Shown here piece after piece: positions 53,770-63,932 of a DNA stretch of 64,000 nucleotides (position 1 is its first letter; each line of letters begins with the position of its first letter). Source of the stretch: an uncultured delta proteobacterium (GTDB lineage Bacteria > Desulfobacterota > Binatia > UBA9968); the NCBI GenBank assembly GCA_963840855.1, contig CAWJBB010000041.1:160001-224000 (forward strand). The letters are read 5' to 3'. Both the position numbers and the translations under genes were made by a program. Under the pieces are notes generated by a model. That model was given only the letters and a program-made list of their open reading frames with translations, did no database searches and was not told where the DNA came from.

Positions 53770-54777
53770 CTACAGTACGATATTGTTTCTGGGTTCCAAT
53801 GGCGGCGGCAAGTTGGTTTCGCCAAGCATCTCCCGCAAATCTATTTCTGCGGTCCGGCACAGTTGTGAGATCGGGACGTCATTCGCATTCCCTTGAAACG
53901 GGCTTTCGGTGCTCTCTCCGACTCGCTCCAGCGAAGTGTACATCCAGGAAATCAATACACTGAAAGGGATAACCAGCCACACCATGTTTCCCTTGATCAC
54001 CCCCTCAACGCTGTCATTGAGCTTGTCGAATTCCCTGAGCAACCCAAAGGGAAGCAGAAGGCAGAACAATTTGATGAAAAAGGAATTGATAGTGGCATAT
54101 TGCCTTGGATACGGGAAATCCTTGATGCGTTCACATCTGCCTTGTTGCAAGAGGAAATCCTTGATTGCCCTGTGCATGTCGAGGAACTGCGCCACGACAA
54201 TCGCCTGGCTGGCGAAAAGCACTTTTATCGTTTTGCTTTGAAGGCTCATGATCTGGGTTGCCTTGCTGCCCGTGGCAAGAATCTGTTTTAGCTCCGCATC
54301 AGGAAGGTATTTCGCCAGCTCCGTTTCCAATGCCCTTTGCATTTCAGGGATGGAGTAATACTTCAAATACGCTGCGTTGTGTGCCTTGCTTGTGGTTTCC
54401 CATGCCCTGTTCTCCCGCAGTTGATAGCGCAATGCAGTCAACCAGGCGAGGTGGCGATAGACAAGCTCTCTTGATTTTTCGGCATTTTCAAAAAAGTCCC
54501 TGCTCATTATTCCCCAGGCCCAACTGCTGCTTATGATGTCGCCCCATATTTGTCGAGCTTCCCAGGTACGGTTGTAGGTTTGCAGGTTTTTGAAACCAAC
54601 GATAAACGCGGTGGCTGTTCCCAGGAGCGCCACCACCGTCCAGGGAATGCCCAGCCATTTGATGTTCCCGATCTGGTATGCAACAGCAGGTACGACTGCC
54701 AGAACAATCAGGACGTAAATATCCCTTTGTGTCCAATTGAGGAACTCCGAAAGTTTGTATGATTTGCCAGTGTGCAT
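53770..54777 (-). CDS. Bestrophin family ion channel (YneE-like)
   Basis: YNRTWEARQIWG, QGRCERIKDFPYPRQY, ESPFQGNANDVPI. Confidence 0.9.
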   Translation of the reverse strand: MHTGKSYKLSEFLNWTQRDIYVLIVLAVVPAVAYQIGNIKWLGIPWTVVALLGTATAFIVGFKNLQTYNRTWEARQIWGDIISSSWAWGIMSRDFFENAEKSRELVYRHLAWLTALRYQLRENRAWETTSKAHNAAYLKYYSIPEMQRALETELAKYLPDAELKQILATGSKATQIMSLQSKTIKVLFASQAIVVAQFLDMHRAIKDFLLQQGRCERIKDFPYPRQYATINSFFIKLFCLLLPFGLLREFDKLNDSVEGVIKGNMVWLVIPFSVLISWMYTSLERVGESTESPFQGNANDVPISQLCRTAEIDLREMLGETNLPPPLEPRNNIVL

Positions 54778-55099
54778 GGTTGCTTGTCCTTACTACAGTG
54801 GGCATCAAACGACCTGCAGGTCGCGCATGTTCTGCCTCGGGATGGGTGGTGATCCCCGCAAAATGAGGCCGTCCCGCCTGTGCTTGTTTTATCCCCGAAC
54901 CTGGGGCAGAACATACACCTTCCATTGTCGAAGAAAAAGCAAGCGAACCTCGAAATAGCTCGTTTCTTTGAATGTGCTTTGAATGAACCATCTGTTGCTA
55001 TCTGCGGTAGTCGGGAAAATGGAGTGAGAGCGCAGCGACTGAAAACAGTTGAATTCATTCAGTTGGTGACCGATGGTGACACATAGCCCCGCTACGGCA

Positions 55100-55124
55100 A
55101 GAGGACTGAAAATCCTCGTGTCGG
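55100..55124 (+). other. tRNA-Phe(GAA) anticodon-arm fragment, possible att-site remnant
   Basis: AGAGGACTGAAAATCCTCGTGTCGG is a GAGGA/TCCTC stem with CTGAAAA loop plus variable region; no D or T arm flanks it. Confidence 0.6.
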
Positions 55125-55449
55125 GAGCGCGCGATTTGACACACTCAAGCCGACTAAGGTTGACCTAAGACCACCTTATCTGATACTTTCCGCCGAAAAC
55201 GGCCATCGGAGGGCTCGTTCGCTCTTCGAGTTTGTTGGCTGCTCGGGTTTTCCCGAAGGTGGCTAAGCCACTGGTCGTGGGGCAATACGAGGCGTGCAAA
55301 TCTGGGCGAGGCGCCACATTTGTCAATTCTTCGCCGGGAGCCTAGCCAAATGGCTCGAAAAGGCATGCCGTTTTATTAACGAAATTTTGACGCAGATGAA
55401 CGAATCAGTTTCATAAGCGCGTGGAACGAATGGGCTGAAGGAGCGCATC

Positions 55450-56376
55450 TTGAACCGGATCGGCGGTACGGTTACGCGTATCTTCAAGCGACTACGTCGG
55501 CGTAGCCGTCAAAGGCAGATGATGAGTAATTTGGAGGAATTGGACCAGCTTGGCTATACGATCGTACGCTACCAGCTTTCGCGCGCGACGTGTAAGACTA
55601 TTGTAGACGAATTTAGTCATTGGATAGATCGGAATTCGGATGTAACGGCAAAGTATCGAGATCAGGATGGGCATTTTCCGCGTATCATCAATGCGCACGA
55701 AGCTGTCTCTTTGCTAGCAAATGCGTGGGAAAGTTGCGACGCGGCGCTTGTTGTCGTAGACGGATTTTTCCATGAAAGAACATCACTCTATACAACCTTG
55801 TATTATGAACGCGGGTCGGCACAGGCATTACATCGTGACACGCCGCTGTTTTGGACAAATCCCCCTTATAAATATTGCGGTATGTGGATCGCTTTTGAGG
55901 ACGCTGATGCGGACAACGGGCCCTTGGTTGTCGTGCCTGGCTCCCACAACCTTCCGGAGATGGATCGGAACGGGATTGCGAATAGATTTTATGGAAAACG
56001 CGCTCACGACATTCCGGATTATTCCCACGATCTGTGGCTTGCATATCAGGCGGACGTAAACCGCATGGCGAGAGAATTCGGGCTCACCGAAACGGAAATC
56101 CACGTGCAAGCCGGTGACGTTATTATTTGGCACCCGCAATTGCTCCACGGAGGAGCGCAGATCCGCGACTCGGTGCGCACTCGGCATAGTTTGGTATGCC
56201 ATGTGACGCCGGAAAATGTGCCGGTGTTTCACCATGACTATTTCTTTAACCTCGATCGTCGGATGCCGGAGCGTCCTCGCTGGCAATATCGCTATGTGGG
56301 GGGTCGAACAGTCGCTGCCCACGGCCATGTTTCATTTGGTCATGACGAACACATTCCTGCAAAGAAACTGCGTTAA
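55450..56376 (+). CDS. Phytanoyl-CoA dioxygenase (PhyH) family Fe(II)/2OG oxygenase
   Basis: QALHRD (HxD), WIAFED...[26 protein letters not shown]; start may be at the later ATG (about 55519). Confidence 0.88.
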   Translation: MNRIGGTVTRIFKRLRRRSRQRQMMSNLEELDQLGYTIVRYQLSRATCKTIVDEFSHWIDRNSDVTAKYRDQDGHFPRIINAHEAVSLLANAWESCDAALVVVDGFFHERTSLYTTLYYERGSAQALHRDTPLFWTNPPYKYCGMWIAFEDADADNGPLVVVPGSHNLPEMDRNGIANRFYGKRAHDIPDYSHDLWLAYQADVNRMAREFGLTETEIHVQAGDVIIWHPQLLHGGAQIRDSVRTRHSLVCHVTPENVPVFHHDYFFNLDRRMPERPRWQYRYVGGRTVAAHGHVSFGHDEHIPAKKLR

Positions 56377-56903
56377 GTGCGCAGGGATCGAGATGTGCGG
56401 TTAGATCAGCCTATCAGTTCCCTTAACCCTAAATTGGTTACAATTAGCTAATTGGATATCTGAATTAAGAAAGGAACCACCTCTAGCTTTCCAGTTTTCC
56501 GGAGTGACTTTTTCTTGCAGAACCCTCAGCACAAGCAACAGTGTCATGGAATTCACGGGCCAGCGCGTCCATCTTCCTGCCGATCAACTCTTTCACTTAG
56601 TCGCGGATACCGAAAAACGTAGCGCGGAGCACCTGCATGGTCCCTAGAGGTAGCACTAAATACTGTCTTAAGTGTATGCAACCTCCAACGTTCGTGTCTG
56701 CTACTCCATACGTTTTGGGATGCCACCCAGGCTTCATGTGACCACCAAAAAAAATTCTCTCACGCCTCATTCTCGACTGTAACTTGGTCACCTCTTAAAG
56801 CCGTTGCATTCGCACAACCGAGAATCTGGACTACGAATTGCTTGTATCATCGGCTCGACCCGCAACAATAGGTCTTCGAAGTCACCCAGCGAGAAAGGGA
56901 AAC

Positions 56904-58361
56904 ATGCGTTCTAATCGTAACCGTTGCTATACCATCTTCCTCTGCACACTGATTCTCAGACTGTTAGGCGGGCATCATGAGACCCGTGCCGACTCACTGA
57001 GTATCAACACGCCGGAGAGGGTCAAATCAGCAAGAGCGCCGGCCCTTTCAACCGAGGCGTCAAGGTCCGACCACACGCATGGTGATTTCCTTGGAGCGTT
57101 TAGTGTGTTGGATTATGGCGCGGCGGGCGATGGTGTGGCCGACGACACGGCTGAAATACAGGCGGCGATTGACGCCGTTGAGGCAGCCGGTGGTGGTGTA
57201 GTGTATTTTCCTCGGGGCACATATCTAATCACGGCTGGCTTAGTTGTCGATCAGCAAAGGGTATCGCTAAGAGGCGCGGGCATAGGCGAAACGATTCTCA
57301 AAGGCAGCGGGACGATATCGCCGTTTAACGCCATCACGTTCCAGGGCACCGGCTTAGGCTCCGCGCTTGGGCCGCTGACTAGCAATTTTACCAGAGGCAC
57401 CAAGGTTGTGGCGCCGACAAGCGTATCGGGTGTTGCGGTCGGCGAACTTCTCTACCTTGACGCAACGGTTACGGTCCCCGCAGGCCAAAGCGCCACCAAC
57501 GCCCTAATTGCCGAAGTAACGGGCATTGCATCCCTAAACGTGACGCTTGAGGTACCCGCACCCATTACAATGAAGACGGGCGATACGCATAACGTCAAGG
57601 AATGGACGCCGCTCTATGCGCCGGGCTTAGCGGACTTGACAATCGACATGGGCGCGGCCACCGGGGCTGTGCGCCGGGGAGTTGTGATTAACGATGTGCG
57701 CAATGGGCGATTCGAGCACTTAGAGATTTTGAACTGTCCTGAATCGGGCCTCCAGTCATTCCGGGGATATCAGAATCACTACGAGGACATCAAGCTAAGG
57801 AAGTGCGGAAGTGCCTACGAATCGGATTTTCAGATAGCCTTCGAAACACATTCCCATTTCGAGGGCATCCAGTCGATCAACGCCACCGGTTTTGGCCCGC
57901 AATGGATAGCGTGCAGCTATTCGAGCGGGCATCGCATAGTCAGCACGGGGGCCAATGGCCGCGGGATCAAGTTTCACGGCCTTCTTGAGTCCAACTTTGA
58001 AACCCTAGTCGGCCTTAACTCCGCTTCAACTGGAATTGCCATCACGCTCAGGACTCAACATAACGACTTCACAAACCTCGTTGCCATGCAAAACACCGCT
58101 GGCTCGGGTAACGACAATGGCTTGTGGTTTAGCGGGCAGTCCAACATTGGGAATTATTTCTTCGGGGTTAAGCTCACCACCAATGGGAACTTCGATATTC
58201 AAACCAACTCAACCGACACGGATAATGTGATCGAGGGGGTTCAATTCGATTCGTTTAATAAGATTTCCAACCGCGGCGGGCCTACCAACATAATCATCGG
58301 CAGCCCTGCAGGGTCGGGCTTCTACGGCTTTGTGACACAAGATGATGAGAAACGTGAATGA
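56904..58361 (+). CDS. Right-handed beta-helix protein (pectate lyase 3 / tailspike-like)
   Basis: SVLDYGAAGDGVADDTAEIQAAID, GGVVYFPRGTY, N/G/T-rich beta-helix repeats. Confidence 0.8.
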   Translation: MRSNRNRCYTIFLCTLILRLLGGHHETRADSLSINTPERVKSARAPALSTEASRSDHTHGDFLGAFSVLDYGAAGDGVADDTAEIQAAIDAVEAAGGGVVYFPRGTYLITAGLVVDQQRVSLRGAGIGETILKGSGTISPFNAITFQGTGLGSALGPLTSNFTRGTKVVAPTSVSGVAVGELLYLDATVTVPAGQSATNALIAEVTGIASLNVTLEVPAPITMKTGDTHNVKEWTPLYAPGLADLTIDMGAATGAVRRGVVINDVRNGRFEHLEILNCPESGLQSFRGYQNHYEDIKLRKCGSAYESDFQIAFETHSHFEGIQSINATGFGPQWIACSYSSGHRIVSTGANGRGIKFHGLLESNFETLVGLNSASTGIAITLRTQHNDFTNLVAMQNTAGSGNDNGLWFSGQSNIGNYFFGVKLTTNGNFDIQTNSTDTDNVIEGVQFDSFNKISNRGGPTNIIIGSPAGSGFYGFVTQDDEKRE

Positions 58362-58741
58362 GCATAACACTGGCTCTCAGTAAGGAGTCTATGGATGGGG
58401 ACGGCAAAGAAGCGTCTTATTCTTGCTACACCCCCTGTGGCAATTTGTTTCAGTTGACCACGGGAAGAACTAACGAGCTTTGGAACGTCGCAGGCTTAGT
58501 TGCGTTGACGCTTTCCCTCGAACTAACACCCATCCAAGCCGATAACCACATTTCAAGCACCGTCCATTGATCGCCTGCACGGGCATCTTGGTCTTCGGTT
58601 CGGTGACCACGATTCCCAAATAACCATTACACTTGGGACAGGAGCGTTAGAGGTTACTTGGTCACGGGACTATTGAGGTCAGCCTGGACCAGAGTTTCGG
58701 ACTACTAATCTAACGATTCTGAAGAAATCAGATGGCATCAG

Positions 58742-58931
58742 TGGAGACATCATGGAGACATCCATCCATAAGTAATTCAAAAGACAAAAGTTTTTTTTGA
58801 TTACAGGAGTCTCAATCGTGTAACTCACCGCGCAATTTTTTATTGTTGGACATTCGTCTTTGCTCCCGATAAACATTGTGGTACGCTCCAAAAATCGTTT
58901 GAAAGCGCCCTTGGAGACATTTTGGAGACAT
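58742..58931 (+). repeat. Two pairs of TGGAGACAT direct repeats
   Basis: Copies at 58742, 58753, 58912, 58923; 11-bp spacing within each pair. Confidence 0.75.
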
Positions 58932-58982
58932 TCACATCTCGAAGAGTAGGGCAGGGCGCGCAAGTGATCGAAATCCCTAACC

Positions 58983-59081
<99 letters not shown>

Positions 59082-59113
59082 ATAGGTAAAACCGCCGTCC
59101 TAATCATCTCGCT

Positions 59114-59461
59114 TTACTGCCTGTACAGGTATAATCGTTTTTCCTTTAGCCCTCTTTTGTGCGGGAATTGTCCAGGTTCCACGGACAGCTTCATTGACTC
59201 ACGCTTTATTAGGTCGTCAAAGATGCGCCGCCACATATCCAGTATTTCTACTGAGAATTCGCCGCTGGGTCCTGTATGATCCATGAACTCGAGGAATTCT
59301 TCCATTATCTGCTCCGGTGCAATCCCGCGGAGAAGTCGCTTCCTGATTTGTCTCGCAAAGACTATCATCAACACTGCCATCGCCTTGTGTCCCATTACTC
59401 GTTTTCCGCTTAGGTATACGACGACATCTCCGGTATTCAGCGTCGTGATGCGATACTTCAT
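59114..59461 (-). CDS. Hypothetical protein
   Basis: 115-aa ORF starting 3 bp after the integrase stop. Confidence 0.6.
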   Translation of the reverse strand: MKYRITTLNTGDVVVYLSGKRVMGHKAMAVLMIVFARQIRKRLLRGIAPEQIMEEFLEFMDHTGPSGEFSVEILDMWRRIFDDLIKRESMKLSVEPGQFPHKRGLKEKRLYLYRQ

Positions 59462-59464
59462 TTT

Positions 59465-60506
59465 TCAAGCCTTGCGCTTCATCGGAACAACTTTCCGCTG
59501 ACTCTGTTGCCTGTTGTATGCCTGCGCCTTCTTCATCGCCTCGCGCAAATCCTCTTCGTCGCTGATGTCGTACCGATCGTAAACGCTTCGGGTCCGGTGT
59601 CCTGACAGCTTCATTCCTTCATTCTCCGATACTCCGCCCTTGCGGAAATTCCGAATCGCGGAACGTCGCATATCATGCGGCCATAAATCCGGCTGTCCTA
59701 TCGCCTTGGCCGCCGCCTTGAAAGCCTTCCGGAATGACTTTATCTGCTTTCCCTTGCGGTGAAACACGTAGGGACAAATGATGTCGCGCGCCTTTATGCG
59801 CCGCTCGATGATGTCCCTAAGCGCATCTATCAGCGGTAGGGTCCGCGGTTTCTTGTTCTTGGAATACTGCCCCGGAAGCCTCACGGTCCAGGTGTCCAGG
59901 TCCAGCCAGCTCCATTGCATCGCCTTTGGTTCCGCCGATCGCCATGCGACTTTGATAGAGGAATTCGATGATGTCCCTGACGCCCGGGTCCGGTATCTCT
60001 GCCAGTAAGGCGTTGAATTCAGGGTTGCGAATGAAGCCCTGACGAACGTTATCCTCTGCCAGGTTCTCAACGATAGGGACCGGCAAGCCCAACAGCTTGA
60101 AGCCTAGTTTCAGGTAAGCGGTCTCGCGGTTGATGGTTGCCGGCGCCGCGGCCTCAAGCCGCTTTGTCTGATAGCCCTCTATTGCGTCCTTGTCGATGTC
60201 GACGACGCGATGAAACGGAAAGCCGGCTTCGAGGTTCGGCCAGCAGTATTGGACGTTGATAAACGAACGCTGCCCCTTCTTCTGGTAGCGTAGCCGGATC
60301 TTCTCAAGCATATCGGCCAGGGTATAGCGCTGGTCCTTGGGTTCGACATGCTTCGGTGTCCCTACGGTCTTGAGCCGCTTTAGGAGCAGCTTCCTGGCGG
60401 TGTTCTCGTTGTCCGTTTGCGCTGACTCGCGGTATTCCTTCCCGCGCCAGCTGTAGCGTACCCACCAAGTTTTCCCGCGAAGGTAGATTGAGCCTTGTCC
60501 TCTCAT
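59465..60506 (-). CDS. Tyrosine recombinase / phage integrase; frameshift near 59948
   Basis: N-terminal MRGQGSIYLRGKTWW arm-binding domain, ATINRE; catalytic WRSAE, SKNK, HDMRRS, SGH, YDRY. Confidence 0.9.
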
Positions 60507-60525
60507 GGTTTCTCTTTCCTTCCGC

Positions 60526-60990
60526 TCAAAAGTTCATAATCATCGGGTGAGACTTATCGCCAACATCGAATTCTTCGGCGGGTACAATGTCGAACCATTT
60601 GATGTTGCTTGGCTTTAAACGGTAGCTCTTGTCCTTCGGTCCCTTCGCGATGATAAGCCCGCGTGGAGTAAATTTTTCTATTACAAATCCTGTGCCCCGT
60701 GGATAGGATGAATCGCCGGAACTATTCACCACAATACGAGAACCGATCGGCAAGGCTTTGATTTTTTCGAACTTGGCTTGAGCCTTGGCTTCCTGTTCGC
60801 GTTTGAAGATCACATCCCACCGCTCCCGCACGTACTTCTGAATTTCAGAAAGCCCCTCGCGGTCCAGCTTGGCAATCGCTTGCTTCACTTTCGTTATTTG
60901 CTTGACGTTGTTGCCCCTTGCGATTATATTCGAACTGCTTGGTTTTTCGGGCGTCGTTAGCGCGGCGCCCTTTCTATTTTCTAAATCCAT
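60526..60990 (-). CDS. Hypothetical protein
   Basis: 154-aa ORF with GGAGG upstream, inside the element's leftward operon. Confidence 0.7.
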   Translation of the reverse strand: MDLENRKGAALTTPEKPSSSNIIARGNNVKQITKVKQAIAKLDREGLSEIQKYVRERWDVIFKREQEAKAQAKFEKIKALPIGSRIVVNSSGDSSYPRGTGFVIEKFTPRGLIIAKGPKDKSYRLKPSNIKWFDIVPAEEFDVGDKSHPMIMNF

Positions 60991-61037
60991 AAAAAACCCT
61001 CCATTCTCGCGCCCGGTAAATTTTTCCGCCTACTCCT

Positions 61038-61313
61038 TCACACACTCCCGAACTTCTTTGCCTCTATCCACTTGAGCAAACCTTGATGACTGAACCTCAA
61101 CAACCGCGGTCCCAGCTTCCGGGTAAACGGGAGTTTCTTGGCATGGTGGTATAACCAGTCCTCCGTCACGCCCAGCTTCTTGGCCACCTCGGTCGGGTCA
61201 AGCAGCTTATCCTCCCCGTTGTTGCCGGCCGCCGCCATGGCCTTTTTGACGGCCTCATCTATCAGGGCCTTCAGTTGCTCGGGGGTCGTGATGATGACTT
61301 GCGGTTCACTCAT
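61038..61313 (-). CDS. Excisionase/AlpA-like helix-turn-helix protein
   Basis: LLDPTEVAKKLGVTEDWLY....LPFTRKLG..LRF. Confidence 0.85.
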   Translation of the reverse strand: MSEPQVIITTPEQLKALIDEAVKKAMAAAGNNGEDKLLDPTEVAKKLGVTEDWLYHHAKKLPFTRKLGPRLLRFSHQGLLKWIEAKKFGSV

Positions 61314-62527
61314 CGGGGGTCTTTACCAACCTTTGAGCCTGGAAATATCCGCACGAAATCATCAACCGCGATGCCGTTTTTTTGGGTCGTTTTTGGGTCC
61401 GTTTTTGGGTCCAAAAATGCTGTATTGGATGATCTGGTCTTGAATGAAAAAAGGTCAAAATCGCCAATACAGCATTCCTCTTTAGATTCCGCGGGGTTAT
61501 CTATGCTTTTGGATTCTGTATTGCTGTATTCAGTAGTATCTGAATACAGCAATACAGAATATTTATAGGGGTCGTTTTTCTTGCCGGAACCTGACTTCTC
61601 AATCAACCTTTTTTCGATGAGCAAATTGACCGCTTTGGAGACTATGTTCCTGCTCTTCTCTAGCGCCTCATGGAGTTCGGTGAGGCCCATTGTGCCGCCC
61701 TTCTTTAACGCCTCGATGATCGGCTCCAAGGTTTCATCGACTTCAACATCCTGGCGAGTCCCGATAGCCTCCAGGCTGCCATCTTCCTGCAGCTCGATGA
61801 CGGTCTCGGGTACGTCCTCGCCATAGCGCTGGATGGTGAAGAAGGTCCGCCGCTTTTCCCGCTTCTTGATCTGGATAGAGGTATCGACGCCGCCCAGGAG
61901 CCCCGTTGAGCCTAAGATGTCATCGCCATCGGCTCGGTCCACTTTGCCGGCATGGTGGGTCAAAAGAATGTGGCAGCCCTGCTTTCGTGCCGCTGACATG
62001 AGCGGCTCGAGGGTATTGGTCACTTGTGCGTAGTCGTTCAGGTCACGGACACGGCAAAACTTCTGCAGAACGTCGATGATGAGCAGTTTCGCTTTTGTCT
62101 CCACGATGAGCGGCTCCACTTCTTTGAGCGCGTTCAGGGGTGCAGAACCGAAATGAAACCTTATCGGCTCATCGGTTATCCCGGCGCCTTGAAGCTTCTT
62201 TTTAATTTCGCCCTTTTTCTCTTCCAAGGCGAGGTAGACAACCGGCCCCTGCATGGTGGCATGGTTGAGAAATTCCGCCCCCTTTGCGACTGCCACGGCC
62301 AAGTTAAACGCCAGTGTGGTCTTGCCTACCTTCGGCTTGGCGACAAGCAGGCTCATTCCGCCGGCGGGAAGGATGCCTTCCAATGTCCATGATGTCTCGG
62401 CATCTTCTGAAGCTAAAACGTCCTTTGCCGATATCAGAGTGAAATGATGCGCCGCGGCATTGTTGCCGTTACCGGCACGCTGCTTTAACTCCGCCTCGAC
62501 TTCGGCCGTAAATTGCGCCGTGCTCAT
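61310..62527 (-). CDS. AAA_25 / RepA-like SF4 helicase with C-terminal wHTH
   Basis: Walker A AKPKVGKT, YLALEE, LLIID, HHAGK, LGSTG. Confidence 0.88.
   Translation of the reverse strand: MSTAQFTAEVEAELKQRAGNGNNAAAHHFTLISAKDVLASEDAETSWTLEGILPAGGMSLLVAKPKVGKTTLAFNLAVAVAKGAEFLNHATMQGPVVYLALEEKKGEIKKKLQGAGITDEPIRFHFGSAPLNALKEVEPLIVETKAKLLIIDVLQKFCRVRDLNDYAQVTNTLEPLMSAARKQGCHILLTHHAGKVDRADGDDILGSTGLLGGVDTSIQIKKREKRRTFFTIQRYGEDVPETVIELQEDGSLEAIGTRQDVEVDETLEPIIEALKKGGTMGLTELHEALEKSRNIVSKAVNLLIEKRLIEKSGSGKKNDPYKYSVLLYSDTTEYSNTESKSIDNPAESKEECCIGDFDLFSFKTRSSNTAFLDPKTDPKTTQKNGIAVDDFVRIFPGSKVGKDPR
61379..61560. repeat. Putative replication origin within the helicase gene: iterons and a perfect 21-bp inverted repeat
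   Basis: ATTCTGTATTGCTGTATTCAG-tagtat-CTGAATACAGCAATACAGAAT (61513-61560); six AATACAG/CTGTATT copies; TTTTTGGGTC x3 (61379-61411). Confidence 0.7.
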
Positions 62528-63141
62528 CCCAGTTCCGCCAAGTCCAGCAGCCGTTCGATATCGATCCGTTGCCGGTAAAGCTCCACAACAAGGTTCGGGT
62601 TATTGATGTCATCGTCCAAGTCTTCCAAAATTGCCCATTGCCGCACCAGCTCCGCCTCAACGGTGCATATAAATTCCTTGTCCGTGTCCGGTTGCTTTCG
62701 AGCGACGGAACAGATGTGAATCTCCGCGCCAATCTCGCGCATTACAGAGCAAATTCTCGCTGACACTTGCCGCGCCCAACCTACGATTTTTTCGGCTTCG
62801 GCTCGGTGCGGTCTCGGCTTTGGCTTGAAGGTATCGAGTTGAAGGCGCGCGCATGCCTCTTTGAAAGTGATGTTTTCGATCAACTCCACAAAGTCGATAA
62901 CGTCGCCGGATTCCTGGCAACCAAAGCAGTAAAATAAACCCTTTTCCTCGCTGACAAAGAACGACGGTGTTTTGTCGGCATGGAATGGACAACGGCCGCT
63001 CAATTCCTTGCCGGCCCGGCGGAGTTCGAGGTAATTTTCGACCACTGCGACAATCGAAGGCTTGCAAAGCGGAGCAGTATTCGCATATGGTGCAACTGTC
63101 ATTTGGGTCATGCCTTCCTTCTGGGTGGCAGCGTGGTGCAA
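62524..63141 (-). CDS. CHC2 zinc-finger (DnaG N-terminal type) protein
   Basis: CPFHADKTPSF, FYCFGC..SGDVIDF; no TOPRIM domain. Confidence 0.88.
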   Translation of the reverse strand: MHHAATQKEGMTQMTVAPYANTAPLCKPSIVAVVENYLELRRAGKELSGRCPFHADKTPSFFVSEEKGLFYCFGCQESGDVIDFVELIENITFKEACARLQLDTFKPKPRPHRAEAEKIVGWARQVSARICSVMREIGAEIHICSVARKQPDTDKEFICTVEAELVRQWAILEDLDDDINNPNLVVELYRQRIDIERLLDLAELG

Positions 63142-63165
63142 CCGCTGCCACCTTTTTTTTTCACT

Positions 63166-63819
63166 TTAATTCCGCGGCTTGGCGGCAAGGCTGCGCTCAC
63201 TAGATTCCGCGCCGGCAGTAGCAAACAGGGCTTCCTCGATTCGCGGCGCCGCCGGCTGGTCCGGCCGGATGATCTTTCCGTTCTTGTTCCTCCGCCAGGT
63301 TCGCATCGCGCCTCGACACAGATTTGTCATGAAATCCACAAGCAGTTCGGGATTCTGCCACACCTGTTTAGACTCTCGTTCAATTTTTTCCCCGTAAAGC
63401 TTAATGAGAGCTGACTGCCTTGTGGTGATCCAGTACATTACTGGAACAACAAAAAACTCCTTACCCTCGAATGCATCGGAAAGTCGATTAATCATCCGGT
63501 TAAAATCGTCGAAATTCTCCAGCGTGATATTTTCGACCGCGTCGTAAACTTTTAGTCCGAGTTCGCGGACGATTCGAATTTGGTCAAGCGTAAGCCCCGT
63601 CTGTTTGAACAGTTCCCGATTCGTGTGGAGCTCAGCCGCGGTTTCCGGCGCATATTCTGTCTTAACCCCGCGGCCACGCCTGCCGGCGGTCTGGGGAATT
63701 AAATTTCGTTGCGCGCCATAGATGAGATTGCTCTTCGATGCTTTCCAGTCCGTCCCGAGCTTTTTTAACTGTCTTTGAATTTCCGGCCGTTGTAGTAATG
63801 GTAAGTTTAAGTTTTTCAT
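63166..63819 (-). CDS. Hypothetical protein, possibly with N-terminal DNA-binding domain
   Basis: ATG at 63819 after AGAGGG; first gene of the leftward operon. Confidence 0.65.
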   Translation of the reverse strand: MKNLNLPLLQRPEIQRQLKKLGTDWKASKSNLIYGAQRNLIPQTAGRRGRGVKTEYAPETAAELHTNRELFKQTGLTLDQIRIVRELGLKVYDAVENITLENFDDFNRMINRLSDAFEGKEFFVVPVMYWITTRQSALIKLYGEKIERESKQVWQNPELLVDFMTNLCRGAMRTWRRNKNGKIIRPDQPAAPRIEEALFATAGAESSERSLAAKPRN

Positions 63820-63850
63820 TTTCTCTGTCCCTCTTTTATGCCTAGTGCTC

Positions 63851-63879
63851 ACTATGCATTTATGTTAAGATATTGTCAA
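63851..63879 (-). promoter_or_regulatory. Sigma70-type promoter for the leftward operon
   Basis: Minus strand TTGACA - 17 bp - CATAGT. Confidence 0.55.
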
Positions 63880-63932
63880 GAGCCCGAAGGTCGCTTTTGC
63901 CGCCGGCAACGGTTTGTGATATAAACCGAACC

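Noticed and set aside
59940-59955. Programmed frameshift in the integrase or other split genes
   Set aside because: No slippery heptamer at the junctions, and similar indels occur throughout the window, consistent with sequencing error
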